DNA of 64,000 nt from the human T2T-CHM13v2.0 reference genome, Homo sapiens. Shown one piece after another: positions 29,577 to 45,245 of the stretch (position 1 is the first letter of the stretch; every line of letters begins with the position of its first letter). The position numbers and the translations under genes are program-made. The stretch lies in the NCBI RefSeq assembly GCF_009914755.1, contig NC_060930.1, one strand, 5' to 3'. The notes beneath the pieces are model-generated. The model did not search any database. It had not been told where the DNA came from and worked only from the letters and a program-made list of their open reading frames with translations.

Positions 29577-31621
29577 TGAAGAATTTATGTTATGTATTCA
29601 TCACCTATCTATAAAGTGGTTATAGCTGGGAACCCTTTGCAGATGGGTAATTCATCATTAGACGGGTTATAGATAATCTCTCTATTCATTATATGGCATT
29701 GACATTCAGAACTAATGGTTAAAGTCACTCTAGATGGGAAATATTAGATTCCTTCCCTAGGCCAGGGAGACTAGACAGCTTTTTAGAAGATCTCTGTAAC
29801 CCCCAGCATTGGTGCTTTTATGACAAGGTGAAGCTCTTTTGTAAAGCTGTGTTTTTGTGTGTGTGTGTTAATGCACCAGACCATTCCTGGCCTACTGTGC
29901 AAGGCCCTGTGGTGCAGGTGGGGAGGCGGGTAGAGATAGAGAGCGAGGTACAGCTGAGTGCAGATCCCCAGCTCTGAGCATCACTGGGTGTGTGACTTAC
30001 TCAATTCATCATTTAGCTATTGAGAGCTGATGTTAGGCATATTCTTTCTTTTCTTATGAAGCCTTGGTTTATTGTGGGCCTCAGAATAGAAGCTTCTTGG
30101 CCTGAAAATGAAGTTCTTTGGAAGTGCCATCTGACACTTCTCCTGGTGGGCAGAGTTGCTGAAACTGGAAGCAGGGGGTTTGAGGGGTGCTGTAACTGAC
30201 GTGGGGAGACCGACTGGGGACAAAGAATGAGGATAGTAACAGGAGATGACTCCTCCTCCCCAGGAGGCCAGATGCATCCAGAGGCCTCACATGGCTGGAT
30301 GTAGGTTACAAGGTCGCTCTCACAGTCAAGGTGTGAGCAAGGCCTTGGTCTTCCCATCAGCCATGCTGCCTTATAAGCCACTCAGTCAACTCCCCATCCA
30401 CCTCCAAACTGCTGCTTGCCTGGCCTCCCTCTTCATTGATGATGTGATGAGCCACCCAAATAGACCTGGAGTTTTTTTTGTGTTTTGAAATAATTTTAAT
30501 TTACAGATTTGCAAAGAAAGCACAGAGTTTTCCCCATGTACCCTTCACCCAGCTTCCTCCAATGTTGACATTTTCCTGTGCATTTCTCGACACTAAGAAA
30601 TCAGCAATGGTACAAGGTAGCTAATGACAATCTTTATTGAGATCTCCCCATTTTTTCCACGAATGCCCTGTCTCTTCTAGCATGTCTTCTAGGAAACCAC
30701 ATTGCATGAGTGGAGTTGGTTTTCAGCTCCTCTCATTTTCTCCCACACTTGGCACCACCTAATCTGGTCTCTTATCCTTACCCTTTTTTTTTTCCATCCC
30801 TATGGTGAGTGCCCGGGACCAGCCTTTTCCACTCATGTGGAGCCTTTGGCACCCTCTCCTGGACTCCCTTCCCCAGATTCTCCCACCTTGCTGTATACAT
30901 GCTGCTCGGAGAGGCCACTGTAAAAATGACTCTTCTCAGGGGGCTCAGATCTCTCCCTGAATGAAGTCTGAGCTCACTACAGCCCTCCTTTGTAACTTTC
31001 CAACTTGGTCTTGCACTACTTTCCAATTTCAGCCTTCTTCTGCAGACAGGTGGGTCTCTTGGCAGACAGATGAGTCTCTTTAACTCTGTTTAATACCTGA
31101 GGATGCCTGGTTCTCACTGTGTTTTCCTTACGTGCTTTATCTTGTTCAGTCTTCAGAATAATGCCGATGCCAGCCAGCGCTAGGAATGGAGGCCCGCAGA
31201 GGCTTATGGAACTGGCCCATGGTCACTCAGCCAGGACATGGGAGCCCAAGACTGCAGACCTGAGGCTCCTAAGCACCCCAATCTCTCATCTCAACTTCAG
31301 GATAGCCTCGTGAGTTCTGCTCACGCCATTCCCAGGATCCCCCATCCTCAAAGCTTCCTCTGTCTTAGTCCTGCCCATCCTTCAAAGCCCAACTTGAACC
31401 CCGTCTCCATGAGGTCTTTTGTTTTAGGCTGAAATCAATTTGCTTATTTGGCACCTCTCCCTCCCCCCCACCCCCGAGATTTGTTAAGGTATTATTGAAA
31501 AATAATAATTATATATACTTGCAGTGTACAGACATGATGCTTTGATAGGTGCATACGTTGTGAAATGATTAAATCAAGCTAATTAGCATATTCATCACCT
31601 CACATACTTACCATTTTCTAA

Positions 31622-31962
<341 letters not shown>

Positions 31963-32128
31963 GTGTGTGCATTTTTATCTTCTCAATTCGACTGTAAGCT
32001 CCTAGAGGGTAGGAACATTGGCTTATAATATATTCTGTCCTCTGGAAGGCCTGGCAGATATTCAGTGTTCAACGGTGTGTTTTAAATAAATATAATTTCC
32101 TGGAATATCATTTAATAATAAGTAGTGA

Positions 32129-32457
<329 letters not shown>

Positions 32458-35400
32458 TCATATTTGAAACATATGATCAATTGGCTTGAACATTGTTTAT
32501 GATACCACTATGACATTTAATCCGTGTTGACCAAATAATAAAACCAGAAACAACAATAACAGTAGTAGCTCACATAGTGCTTATTATGTGCTGGGCTGTT
32601 CTAAGGCTTGCCCATGTTAACTCCTTTCATCCTCTTAATAAACCTGTGAGGTGGATGCTATTTCTGGTCCCATTGTAGCGATGGAACCAGGCAGGAAGAA
32701 GTCCAGTAACTTGCTGAGAGCCGTGGAGAAGGTGGTGGAGTTGGAAGGGGCCCCCACTCTGAGCTGGGTCTCTTGGATCTGCTTCAGTGGGATCTCTTAG
32801 CAGAGGTCACACATGGACCCAGTGCTTCCCTCTTTTTCTGTGTAAAATCACAGTGGTCATTTACTAAGGATGCAGAGCTCTGATATGTTGAATATGTTTT
32901 TGGGAAAGTGAATCTGTTAATATTGTGAGTCCTTATAAATATTTAACTCTCTGCTCTTTATGACTAGTTAGTAATTTCCTTTGTAAAATATTACTTCAAC
33001 AATAAAAGTGAACTCTTGAGCATGGGGCTGGTGAGGGCATTTCCAAATGCAAGGAAGTTACTTTGACATCTCCCTGGTGGTGCCCAGGTACAGACGGTGG
33101 GTAATTACCAGAACTGTTGCTTTGTATGATTTCCCTAGTCAAAGGCTTAATCATTTGACAGTATCTAACCCAGTGTTATTGGATAACATAACCCATGGCT
33201 CTTGACTGTGCTAGGTATGAGGCTGGTGTTTTCTCAGCAGAACCAGTTAAAATAAAACCTAGATGTCATATCCCAATCTGGCCTGTTTGGGAAAATGCAG
33301 TTTGAACCACAAGCGCAATCTACCCGTGGTGTTTTATAACACTGTTTGCTTGGCCAGTCTTCTTCAGCAGGCCCTGAATATCTTGTACTTCTCTCCCTGG
33401 TAACAGGATCTCTAAACCGGCCACACCTGTCATAAGTGACTCTACTAAAGGGGAATTCAGAATTCCACTGGGGATACTTAGAACAGTGAGCTGATGTGAT
33501 CTTGTGTTATTTTCCCTTTCTTGGGGGTTATCCCTTGATTAATTACCTGTCTGTTGGAGAGAGAGTGTTCTTATAATTGGGGTGAACAGGAGGGCTCTAG
33601 TGGGCACCCCGGGGTGAGGGAGTGTGGGGCATTGCAGTAGAACCTAGGCAGCGCTTGGAGCCAGCCCTACTGGCTATCTGGGCAGGCCAGCCCTGGAAGG
33701 ATTCCCATCTTCTCAACGGGAGTGCCCGTGGCTTCCATGAGTTACCAAGCTGGGAATTGCTTCTAACAATCGAGTTGGAGGCGGGGTGCCCGTGGTACAA
33801 TCTGTGTCTGGCTTCCTTGGCAACTACCTCTTGTCTTGTTTCCTGCTTCCAGTCAATGCCTTTAGGATTAGGCTGAACTTTCCCCTTCATTGTATGTCTC
33901 AGCGTCAAAGAGAGGACAGAGAAGGAACATCTTGTTGCTGTCTTACTTGAAATACCAGATAAGTTCAGGGTTCAATAAAGGTGAGACCTTCCTTAGCTTA
34001 TTTGAAGGAACTGCTGTTAGTCTAATTCATGATCTGTGTCTTTCTACTGCTATTTTGGTGGATTTGTGGATTGGCGTCCCTGGTCCAGAAGAGTTTTATT
34101 ATCATCCTCAAATAGTCCACATTCAAACAAATCCCTTTTGGATCACAGAAGTGAGATTTTTTTCCTTTAAGCTGTTATAATGAGTGAGGCCCAGGTAAGG
34201 GCAGTGTCCTGCCGTGGCTGCAGGTGTCTGGGTTTGCAGAGGGCCTGAAGGAGTGGCTTCAAACAGGACAATCCTGTTCATCGTGTGGGAGACCCTGTGG
34301 GCAAGGAGATGGGTTTTATACGGATGAGGCCACTCAAGGAAGAGGGAGGAGAGATCACGAGGAAGGGCTAGTTATTTAGGGCCGGTCCCACCCTCCAGTG
34401 ATCCGGCCTCCCCCTGTGTGTCTCTCCCTACCTTCTGGCTGCCTGTGTCCTAACTCCACGTCCTGTTTGCTGCCTTCCCCATACCAGAAATCCTAATATC
34501 CACGGCTCAGCCTGGCCCTGGTTCCTGAGAGATGTCTTGCTGTGTAGCTCTGTGGTGGATGTTGTAGACAGTGAACGGCTCTCTGGGCACAATTCAGCCA
34601 GTCTCTGTTGTCAGTGGAAGCAGCACAGATCTTCCCTGCACCGTGTGGCCATTTGAAAACAGGGGTGCACTTGACAACTCCAAAAAAACTAAGGTAGACT
34701 GTCTTTACCTGTTGTTTCTGTGAAAGGATCTGGGGAGAAGAGAGGGAAAAAATGAAGTCATAGTTTCAGAGCCATATATGGGCCTCACTTAATGGAGTGA
34801 GTGTTGGGGCCAGATTTATATTGGGAAGGAAACTATCTTGGTAGATAAGAAGTGAAAATTCTTGCTGGTGTGACCAAAAGGCTGGGACCTGTCTGTTGAC
34901 AGCAGAGAAGGCAAGCGAAGGGTCATGTGTAGCACGTTCTCAGGCCTGGCCTTGGGGCCTGTGGAGCTTCCATGCAGATCCGGTGGTCACAGATAGCCTT
35001 ACTGTTCCTTTCCCCCCTCAGTCCCTCTCTGTCTCTCTCTCCCCGGTAGGGTTCAACATACACATATCTGTGGGTGCAAATACATGAGCAGCTCTGAGTC
35101 AGTCTTCTTTCCCTCATTGTTGTCCCCAAAGTCCCACAGTCTTTTGTCCTTCTCGGAGACCAGTTGGATTCAGCACCCTGTGAGGCCTGGGGTTCAACTC
35201 AGGACAGCTGTCGGGGAGGCAGGGAGTGGGACCTGGGCCGCTTTCTCTGAGCCAGTCCGGACTGCAGCAGAACCCCAGTGACTGTCCCAACAAGAGGCCG
35301 GGACAGACTCATCTCCTGAGGCCCCGTCGTCAGGCAAGAAAGATGGGCTTCCCTGTGGCGTGTGTGTTTTCCCTCATCACTGTGTGGTTAGCCCCAGCGG

Positions 35401-36567
35401 GGATATAAATATTGTCCAGATGCTCACTGGTTAATGTTTTACCTCGCACAAGAATGTGCTGTTCCCAGGCAGCTGTGTGTCATAGTTACAGTCTCCTAGA
35501 GGGCTTGTGCATGTGTCTCCTGGAGCCGCGGCTGGCCCTCACCCCCCATGCAGCCTCCGCGAGGCCTTTTGTGCAGAGCCTTGCCCTTGTGTGTGCCCTC
35601 CTACTCCATCTGTATCTTGTCGTCAGTTGCTGGCGCCACCTCAGCAGGGTTTACTGTGACCTTTCTTGGGCCCATCTGGGAACAGTGGTAGTAGGTCTGG
35701 ACCTAGGGGTCCAGTGGGTCTTTCCCACAACCTAGCCTGTGTAAGAGGCTGGAGGAAACCCTGAATGCAGGCAGAGAAGTCTGTCACAGAGGCCCCTGGG
35801 GACAGTGGACGCTGGCTCTGTGGGCCGACCAAGGAGCGAGACCAGCTGGAGCATGTCAGGGGATGGTGGGTGTGATTGGAGAGGAGGGCGGTCACAGCAG
35901 GTGAGGTTGTGTCCCTCTCCTAATATGCAGGGCCAGCCTTTGAAGTTCATTTCTTCAGTTCAGGTAAAGTCAATACGATTGATTTCTAGACCTATAGACC
36001 TATGTGAAGTATCTCAACCAAAGAGATGTTTATCTCCAACCTAAGCATAGCTCTATTTTATTTCTCCTTTTGTTTTTTGGAATCATTAAAGATAAAACTA
36101 CTCCCAGCCATTACAACTGTCATGATGACATAAAATACTGCATCAGAAATAGTAACCAGGGTCTTTATACTGTTGTTTATTTCATTACTTGGAATGAAAA
36201 TGACAATCTAAGGTGAAGAGATGGACTTGGTTTGTCTGAAATAGGGAAACATCTAGGTGTAGATTTTCAGATCTCACAGGGGACAAATTTCTTCATCTGC
36301 AGAGGAGGAAATAAACAGGATCTGTGTAGCTCTTGGATGACCAGCTCAATACATGGATGCTGGAGGTGAAGGGAGCTCTCTAGGGAAAGTTTGATGGCTG
36401 CATTTTTTTGCTTTCTATACTCTCCCTGTCACTACGAATATGGAAGTGTTTTTCGAAGCCTGTTCTACTTCCTAAAACACCTTATAATGCTTTTCCTTTT
36501 AGGAGGAAGGGAGGCCTGGAACCAACCTGGGAAGGCACTGGGGAGACCCAGGGAGGAAGGAGACTGT

Positions 36568-36893
36568 GGTCGCCAAGCATGGTGGCTCATACCTGTAGTC
36601 CCAGCACTTTGGGAGGCCAAGCTAGGGGCGCTGCTTGAGCCCAGGAGTTCAGTACCAGCTGGGACAACATAGCAAGACCCTATCTCTATACAAAATAAAA
36701 ATTTGCCAGGTGTGGTGGTGCTAGCTACTCAGGAGGCTGAGGCAGGAGGTTTGCTGGAATACAAGGGTTCAAGGCTGCGATGAGCTATAATTGCACCACT
36801 GCACTCCAGCCTGGGCAGCAGAGTGAGACACCAACAGAAAGAAAGAGAGAAAGAGAGAGAGAGAGAAAGAAAGGAGGGAGGGAGGGAGGGAGG
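36568..36893 (+). mobile_element. AluJ-type with (GA)n/(GGGA)n tail
   Basis: Diverged dimer. Confidence 0.88.
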
Positions 36894-37366
36894 GTCGGCC
36901 ATGAAGACTTTATCTATATAGCGAGGGTAACAGACAGCCCAGGTGTAGAGAGTCCAGATAAGTGTCTCGATTTTTCCACGTTGGCCTATGTTTTTAAATG
37001 GAAACGAACTCTGCAGACCTGCCCTTCATTAGAATCTGAATCCCCAAACATCTTTCTCATGTTTAATCTCTGCCATTGGTTCATGGGCTGTTAAAAAAAA
37101 AAAGGGGATAATATCCATGAAGGCTCTCTTACACAGGTGACATAAATAACTTTTTTTTCCAAATACAGCTGTGACAAAACTGAGCAATTATATCCATGCA
37201 TAGAATGAGTGAGAAAGACAGGAGTTTGAGTCCCAACTCTGCCACATTACTGACTGTGTGATCTTAGGCAAGTTACTTAGACTCTGTTTTTTGGTTTTTC
37301 TCATTTGTAAGGTGTGTTTTGGGGAAACAGATAACAAAAGGGATGTTGTAAGAATTAACTGAGATG

Positions 37367-37668
37367 GGCCAGGCACGGTGGCTCCGGCCTATAATTCCAG
37401 CTGTTTGGGAGGCCGAGGGGGATAGATCACCTGAGGTCAGGAGTTTGAGACCAGCCTGGCCAACATGACAAGACCCTGTCTCTACCAAAACCACAAAAAT
37501 TAGCCGGGAGTGGTGGCATGTGCCTGTAATCCCAGCTACTCAGGAAGCTGAGGCGTGAGAATCACTTGAACCTGGGATCTGAAGGTTGCAGTGAGCCGAG
37601 ATTGTGCCACTGCACCCCAGCCTGGGTGACAGAGTGAGACTCCATTTCAAAAAACAAACAAACAAGAA
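37367..37668 (+). mobile_element. Alu (AluS-type) inserted in a MIR
   Basis: TSD aagaattaactgagatg; flanks carry MIR core motifs. Confidence 0.93.
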
Positions 37669-38647
37669 AGAATTAACTGAGATGATTCATGCAGTCAAGC
37701 ATTAGCATAGTGTCTGGTAGATAGGGTGCACTCAGTGGATGTTAGCTATTATTATGTTTGAGACAGTATAGTATGGATTGGTACAAGTGTTGGCCTCAGC
37801 TCTAGCTGTGTGACTGTGGGCAAATAACCCCGAGTCTCAGCTACTTCATCTGTAAGATGGGGATATTAGTTGCATCTGCATGAAAGAGTGGCTGTGAGAG
37901 CTATACGTGGCAGGGCTTGGGGAAAGTAGTTTAATGAAATCTAAGCACTGTAAGATTTAATGCTTCCATGTTTCATCCAGCATTATATAAGGAACTCTGC
38001 ACATGTGGGTACATCTCATGAGCTCCTCAGTTTGCCTCCTGTTGTTTTCTCTGATGTCAGTGTTGTCATAGCTGTTCTTGGAAGAGTTGTTTTAGGCATG
38101 TGTCTTGAGGTCCTTCCTGTGGTCACTTTAGTGGGTGACACAGGAGAGGCAGTCTGTGAAGCTCCCTAAGAGCATGGCTGGGGTGGGGGCGGAGTGAAGG
38201 GTGAAAGCCTCAGATTGTGTGACTTTGAAGGGAGCCTGGAGCTGAGTTGTTTGGAGAGATGATTTTTCTTGCTGAATGATGACCCTGGACTACATCAGCA
38301 GGTCTGACAGGGGCTCTAGACAAAATAAGAGACAATCTGGTACAAATCTGCATAGTTGCTGGAAAAATTAGTGTCCACATTCTTCTTACAGTGCATCCAA
38401 AATAAGGACCCAATGTCAAAGTGTAGGCTTAACTGGATGAGAGAAAGGTAGAGAAACTACAGCTCCTCCCTCAGGTCAGATTTAAATTGAGTGGTTACTG
38501 ATGTCTTTTTTAAAATGTGAAATTTAGTGGAGCTGCCTTTGGAAGTGTGGTATTTATCCCCGCTTTAGTCTGTCTATCCATAGTGGCTGGGAGCTTCAGG
38601 TTAGGCTGGCATTCTATGAGGTGTTCTTGGTAAGGATTAGCTGGCCT

Positions 38648-38793
38648 GGAGTCTCACTATGTCACCAGGCTGGAGTGCAGTGGCGCGATCTCATCTCACT
38701 GCAACCTCCACCTCTCGGGTTTAAGACTCTCTTGCCTCAGCCTCCCGAGTAGCTGGAATTACAGGCACACACCACCACACCCAGCTAATCTTT
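38648..38793 (-). mobile_element. Alu right-monomer fragment
   Basis: ggagtctcactatgtcaccaggctggagtgcag...cccagctaat. Confidence 0.85.
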
Positions 38794-39721
38794 CTGTAGA
38801 GGTTATTATTATTCAAGGGTGTTTTTCAGGAAGCTGGTGGACAGTGGTGGGCATTTCTGCTCTGGGATTCAGGTTGTCCTTAGAGGAGAAATTCTAATGA
38901 TCTGGTAGAACATTAAAAAAAGTTCTCGAATATTTAATTATTAGCTATCAATGTTCTTTTCTGCTGCCCTGTCTCTTCGCTTACTTTATTTCTTGTTCCC
39001 CAAGTAATCCACTTCTCAAATTGGCTCCTTGCACATAATGTTTTTTTAAAAAAATTTTTTGCTGATATCTTAATTAGGGAAAATGTCAGCTCTGCGCTTA
39101 GCCTTCTTGTTTCTAAACATAGTAAGATGCCTTTGTCCTTCCCCTTAATTGTACTTGCTGCAGAGCTAAGCTGTTAGGTTTGCTTTGAGTGTGTGTGAGC
39201 CATCTTTTTGACAAACATAGCATACTTTTTGTGTATATGTGTTAAGATCTTTCATTAAATGTGACTTGATTTATTTATGATTTTGATCTACGACAGGTTT
39301 TCTTTTTCATTGCTTCTCAAATTTGCCTTGAAATAGAATTACTTACTGCAGTAAATGATTTGCAGTATGTTTATCCCCTTCTTCTTCGTCCGTAGCAGCT
39401 GCTAGTTGAAGTGGGAAATAGGATTCAGTGGTGGAATAAGAATTAGTTTTTTTTGGATATGCCAAATTTCAAATTGACTATATAGCTAACTAACTTGTGT
39501 GTAAAGGATATTTAAAAGCCATAAAACTTAATCTTGTCATTTGACTAAATTCAGCCATTTTCATGAAATTGGTATGCATTTATAATTTTCATGTTATGGT
39601 CAGCAGAACAGCTTTAGTCTGTGTAGTGGTCATGGGCATGCACTCTGTATCCAGACCTGCCGGCTTTGAATCTGGCCTCCCTATTTCCAAGCTGTGTACC
39701 GTGAGACAAATTATTCAACCT

Positions 39722-40053
39722 CTCTGTTTTAATTGCCTCAGGCTGCTATAACAAAATACCATAGCCTGGGTAGCTTGAACAATATAGATGTGTTTCTCAC
39801 AGTTCTGGAGGCTGGGAAGTCCAAGGTTAGGATGCCAGTAGATTGGGTATTTGGTGAGGGCCTACTTTCTGGTTTGCAGATGGCTGTCATCTTGCTGTAT
39901 CCTCACATGGAAAGATAGAGATCATCCATTCATGAGGCCTCCACTCTCATGACCTAATAACCTCCCAAAGGTCTCACGTCCTAATGTCATCACTATGGGG
40001 GTTAGGGCTTCACTATGTGAATTTTGGGGGACACAAACACTCAGTCCATAGTA
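39722..40053 (-). mobile_element. MaLR solo LTR (MLT1A-type) inside a MIR
   Basis: caggctgctataacaaaatacc...gggacacaaacactcagtccatag. Confidence 0.8.
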
Positions 40054-40189
40054 GCACTCTCTATTTGCTTAACTATAAAATGGGGATAATAAAGACATGG
40101 ACCTACCTTATAACGTTATTGTGAAGATTAAATGAGATAATACATGTGAGGTGCACAGTATAGTGGCTGTTACCAAGTAGGTACAATAG

Positions 40190-40525
40190 CCAGCCATGCT
40201 TTGCTTAGTGATGGGGATATGTTCTGAGAAATGCATCCTTAGGTGACTTTGTTGATGTGTGAACATCATAGAGTGAACTACACACGCCTAGATGGTACAG
40301 CCTACGACACACCTAGGTTCTATGGCACAGCCTATTACTCCTAGGCTACAAACCTGTGCATGTGACCATCCTGAATACTGTAGGCAGTTGTAACACAATA
40401 GAAGCAATTGTATATCTAAACACATCTACACACAGAAAAAGTGCAGTAAAAATATGGTATTTTAATCTTATGGGACCACTGCTGTATATGTGGTCCACTG
40501 TTGGTGGAAATATTATTATGCTGGA
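40190..40525 (+). mobile_element. Tigger3/MER7-type DNA transposon relic
   Basis: ggggatatgttctgagaaatgcatc...taatcttatgggaccact. Confidence 0.75.
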
Positions 40526-40911
40526 AATCCATAAATATCCACTTGGCACAAATAGTACAAATATTCTGTTGTTTTTTTAATTCTATCTTTCATGATTGCT
40601 ATGGCAAATTAGACTTTTCATATTTGAAGGGGATTTTTTTTTTTTTAGTGAGTTATCTCGGACTGTTAGCAAGCAATTCTGGCTGATGTTAGTCATAAAG
40701 TTTACTTGAATTTTCTTTAGTACAATCATCCCTGAAATTATAAAGAGGAAATGAGTTGGTCAAAACGGGTATGTAAATTCAACTTTATTGCTCCACCTGT
40801 ACAAAAAGGAAGTAGAATAAAAAATAAACATATTTTGTGTTAGGACTTCAGGGAAATTCAGTGTTCAGAAAAATGCTTCCAAATGTCGTAGTACAGAGAA
40901 AGTTATTATGA

Positions 40912-41252
<341 letters not shown>

Positions 41253-41814
41253 CAAACTGGGACATTTCTTAAGATGAGCAAGTGAAACAAAAGTTTCAGT
41301 GGTTTATATAGAATCTCATGTTGATGTATATTTATAAGCATGTTTATTTTAAACATCTGAGAGAAACAGCAGAGACTTGCTATGGTGTAACGCTTACTTT
41401 CCGACAGTTCACATATTTCCCAAGTTTTAAGGAGTTCCTATTGATGGTAGGTGAGTGATTCTTTTGGTTTTTGAAGAAGGATTAGTTGTGACAACCCCGT
41501 GAGCTAATCAGGCAAGTTGAATGTTATTTTATTCTCTGTCATAGATTCAGAAGTTAATATGTGGGTTCCTTAGCAACTAATTTGCAGGTGTAGTCACACA
41601 TCCAAGTGCGCGTGGAGAACGAGTATCCCAGGTAGGATGTGATGAGAGCATAGGAGGGACTCAGCCTGTGACCAATCATGTCTTTGTGCTTTTAAGGCAC
41701 AAATGGAGCATGGAGGGGCCGTCTCCATCATACCACCTCCTCTTGCTCCTAGGCGAGCCTAACTTCCTTTGGAAGGGGATATCCAGCCACCTCCTGGTAG
41801 ATAGTATCTGGCAC

Positions 41815-41975
41815 GACAGTCATATGCTGCACAGGTGTGTGGACTAGGAGCAATAGGCCATACCCTACAGCCTAGGCATGGAGTAGGTTGTACCATCTAG
41901 ATTGTGTAAGTTCACTCTGTGATGTTTGCACAATGACAGAATCACCTATGGATGCATTTCTCAGAACATATCCCT
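41815..41975 (-). mobile_element. Tigger3/MER7-type fragment, inverted relative to the copy at 40190
   Basis: gatgcatttctcagaacatatccc is the reverse complement of the copy near 40215. Confidence 0.75.
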
Positions 41976-44427
41976 TTTGTCCCCTCCCCCACCCCATCCT
42001 CTTCATGGCCACATGGTGTGTTTTGTCGTTACTATACCTATATCTTGGAGACAGCACTTTTTAAGCATATTTTGGACTTCTCTCTGCCAAAAATGCGGAC
42101 AAGTGGCCTCTCTTTTGCCCTCAGTGGGTCCTTACTCCCAGTCTGTCTAGTTTCTCCCCTTGATTGAAAGCCTCCTTGAGAGCAGCCACCGCATGATTTT
42201 GTTTACTGTTGTGTCCTGGAGTGTAAGACACAGTGCCTTACACAGGGCTGGTGCCCAGAAAGATTTGTGAATGAGTTGGTGAATGAATGAAATTATCTAT
42301 TTGAACAAACCAAAGCTGGACACACATGGGTAGCCGTATAGCCTGGCTGAGATATGCTTGATCATGAAGTTATGGCTTTATTCATCTGTTGGCAGTGGGA
42401 TTGACTAATTCTCCCTTCACTCCCTCATGCCCATGGTTGGGCAGCCAGGACCTTCTCACCTAAACATACCATCTGTTGTTGGCTCCTGGCTATCACATTT
42501 AGTTACAGGTCTTTCCCCCTTTTAATTTCCGGCTGTTATTAACTATCCTCTATTTCTGATGTAGTAGCATTCTCACTTCCTGCTTTTCAGTTTGACTGGG
42601 TTGCAACGGGTCCATTATTTACTCAACTTCTTTCTTTATCGATTTCCTCATCTATAACATGTCAACAATGGTATTGCCTCTCTTACAGGGTAGTTGTGAG
42701 GATGAAGGGGTTAAATGCAGGTGAAACCCTTAGAGAAGTGCCTAGCAGTAGTCAGCCTGACACCGACCATGTCTCATGAAAGTCACACAGACCTGCAAGG
42801 CTCCTGCAATCTGCCCTTTACTCTTTGCCCTTCCCAGCTACCTCATCGATTTCCTGACTGCTCGTCTTGCCATGGGGACCATCCTTGCATTAACCACAGG
42901 AATTTCCAGCAACAGTCCACTACCATATTCCTAGCACTGAGCATAGAGTCTGACAGATGATGTGTGTGATTGGAAGATGCTGTGTTTCTGCCTACCCTTG
43001 GCTGCTGGGTGCAGGGCTCAGGGCTCCACAGAGTGAAGGCTACCTCTGCATAATAGCTCTGCGGCCTCCCTGTCTGTATTAGGAAGCTGATGATCATTTA
43101 TTATTCCAGCAAGCAGTGACAAATCAGCTCTGTGTGTCGGTGAGGATAGGCGAGGCTATGTTACACTCAGGAGTGACCCAAACTTTCAGTGGCTTAAACC
43201 GAGCAAGTCATATTCTCACTCGTGCTGTGTAGCTTATATTGGCTGATGTAGGGGTTCTACCCTCACCATCACTCAGGGACCTAGGCTGCTGAGGCTCTGT
43301 GTAGACACATGTGGCCATGACTAGCAAGGCAGGCAAGGGTCAGGCGTGGCACCTATCGGCTCCTAAAGCCTCTACCAGGAAGTGCACACATCACTTCACA
43401 TCAGAGTTCACTGGGCAAAGCAAGTCCCTTAGTCACACCCAACTTCAGAGGGGCAGCAAAGCCCAGCCCTACCCTGTCGCTGGAAGGAGGCCACCAGAAT
43501 ATTCGTGCCTGGTCTTTGATGCTCCCGTGACCAAGGATGGGTTTGCGATAAATGGAGTGGGGCCCCACTGTTCTCAGGGCTTCTAAAAAGGAATGCCCCT
43601 TGCCACATCTCCACCCTCAGTTCCGATAATTAATTGTTTTATTTAATCAGGGAGAAAAGACATTAATTCCAGGAAGCTTAGCAAACAGGCGGTTCCTCTA
43701 GGTATGGTCTTCAAAAGCCCTCAGGAGCAATTTTCCCATCCACTTTGAAGGATATAATTCCACTGTTGGTCTGAAGAGCAAATGCCCTGCGTAATTTAGA
43801 GCTGGGCCTCAGAGGGGAGTGTGTTACCGGACAGTCCCCTCAGCAAACTCAGTTATTCCACTGGGCTTTTGCTGAGCCCTGCTGTGTGTTTGGACTTTAT
43901 GTGACCTTCAATACTGACTGATCCATAGGCTTGTCATTGCATAGGTGAGCTCCACATCCTGTCAACTTGATTTTGACAATCTGAAGCTGGAAAAGCTTTG
44001 GGGAGCAGCGCCTCTGCACACTGTGTCAGGACCTGGGCTTCCGGGGCTCCAGAGTGGTTGATAAACATCATGGCGGCTCAGAGAGGGAGAAGCCAACCAA
44101 CAGTGTTTGCTAGAGGCCAAGGTGGGGTCAGGGCCTGAGGCGGGGGATGACCTGAAGCTGGGGACGGCCTGGACCAGTAGGTGGCTGACTCAAAGACTGA
44201 GCACTGAGAGCCTGGGGAAGAAAGGGGGAGAAAGTTCAGGAAATGGATACCAGCTGGGGGTGGCTGCTAAGAATGAGGCAAAGCTGGAGAAGTTGCTGGG
44301 GTCCAACCAGGAGGACCTTGTGGGCCAAGCCAGGGAGTCAGAATTTTCAGCTGAGTGAGGAGCCATGGAAGCAGTGGTGTGGGGTGGTCAGGTTTGACTT
44401 TTCTTTTAAGTTATGCTTGACTTAGTC

Positions 44428-44682
<255 letters not shown>

Positions 44683-44691
44683 TTTCTCTTT

Positions 44692-44694
<3 letters not shown>

Positions 44695-44740
<46 letters not shown>
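44695..44740. repeat. (TG)23 microsatellite
   Basis: Direct reading; uninterrupted. Confidence 0.97.
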
Positions 44741-44745
<5 letters not shown>

Positions 44746-44749
44746 ATGC

Positions 44750-45245
44750 TTTTAACTTCAACTTTTAAGTTCGGGGTATAAGTGAAGTTTTGTTATATAT
44801 GTAAATTTTTGTTATGGGAGTTTGTTGTACAGATTATTTTGTCACCCAGGTATTAAGATGAGCACCCATTAGTTACTTTTTCCTGATCCTCTCCCTCCTC
44901 CCACCCTCTACCCTTAAGGCCCTAGTGTGTGTTGTTCTCCTCTGTGTGTCCATGTGTTCTCATCTTTTAGCTTCTACTTTTGGGAATGTGTGGTATTTGG
45001 TTTTCTGTTCCTGCATTAGTTTGCTAAGGTTAATGGCCTCCAACTCCATCCATGTTTCTGCAGAGGACATGATCTCTTTCTTTTTATGGCTGCGTAGTAT
45101 TCTATGGTGTATATGTACCAACTTTTCTTTATCTAGTCTATCATTGATGGGCATTTAAGTTGATTCCATGTCTTTGCTAATGTGAATAGTGCTGCAGTGA
45201 ACATACATGTGCACTGTCTTTATGATAGAACGATTTATATTTTTT
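44750..45245 (-). mobile_element. L1P 3' end (5'-truncated)
   Basis: L1P 3' sequence; minus-strand translation KKKEIMSSAETWMELEAINLSKLMQEQKTKYH. Confidence 0.9.
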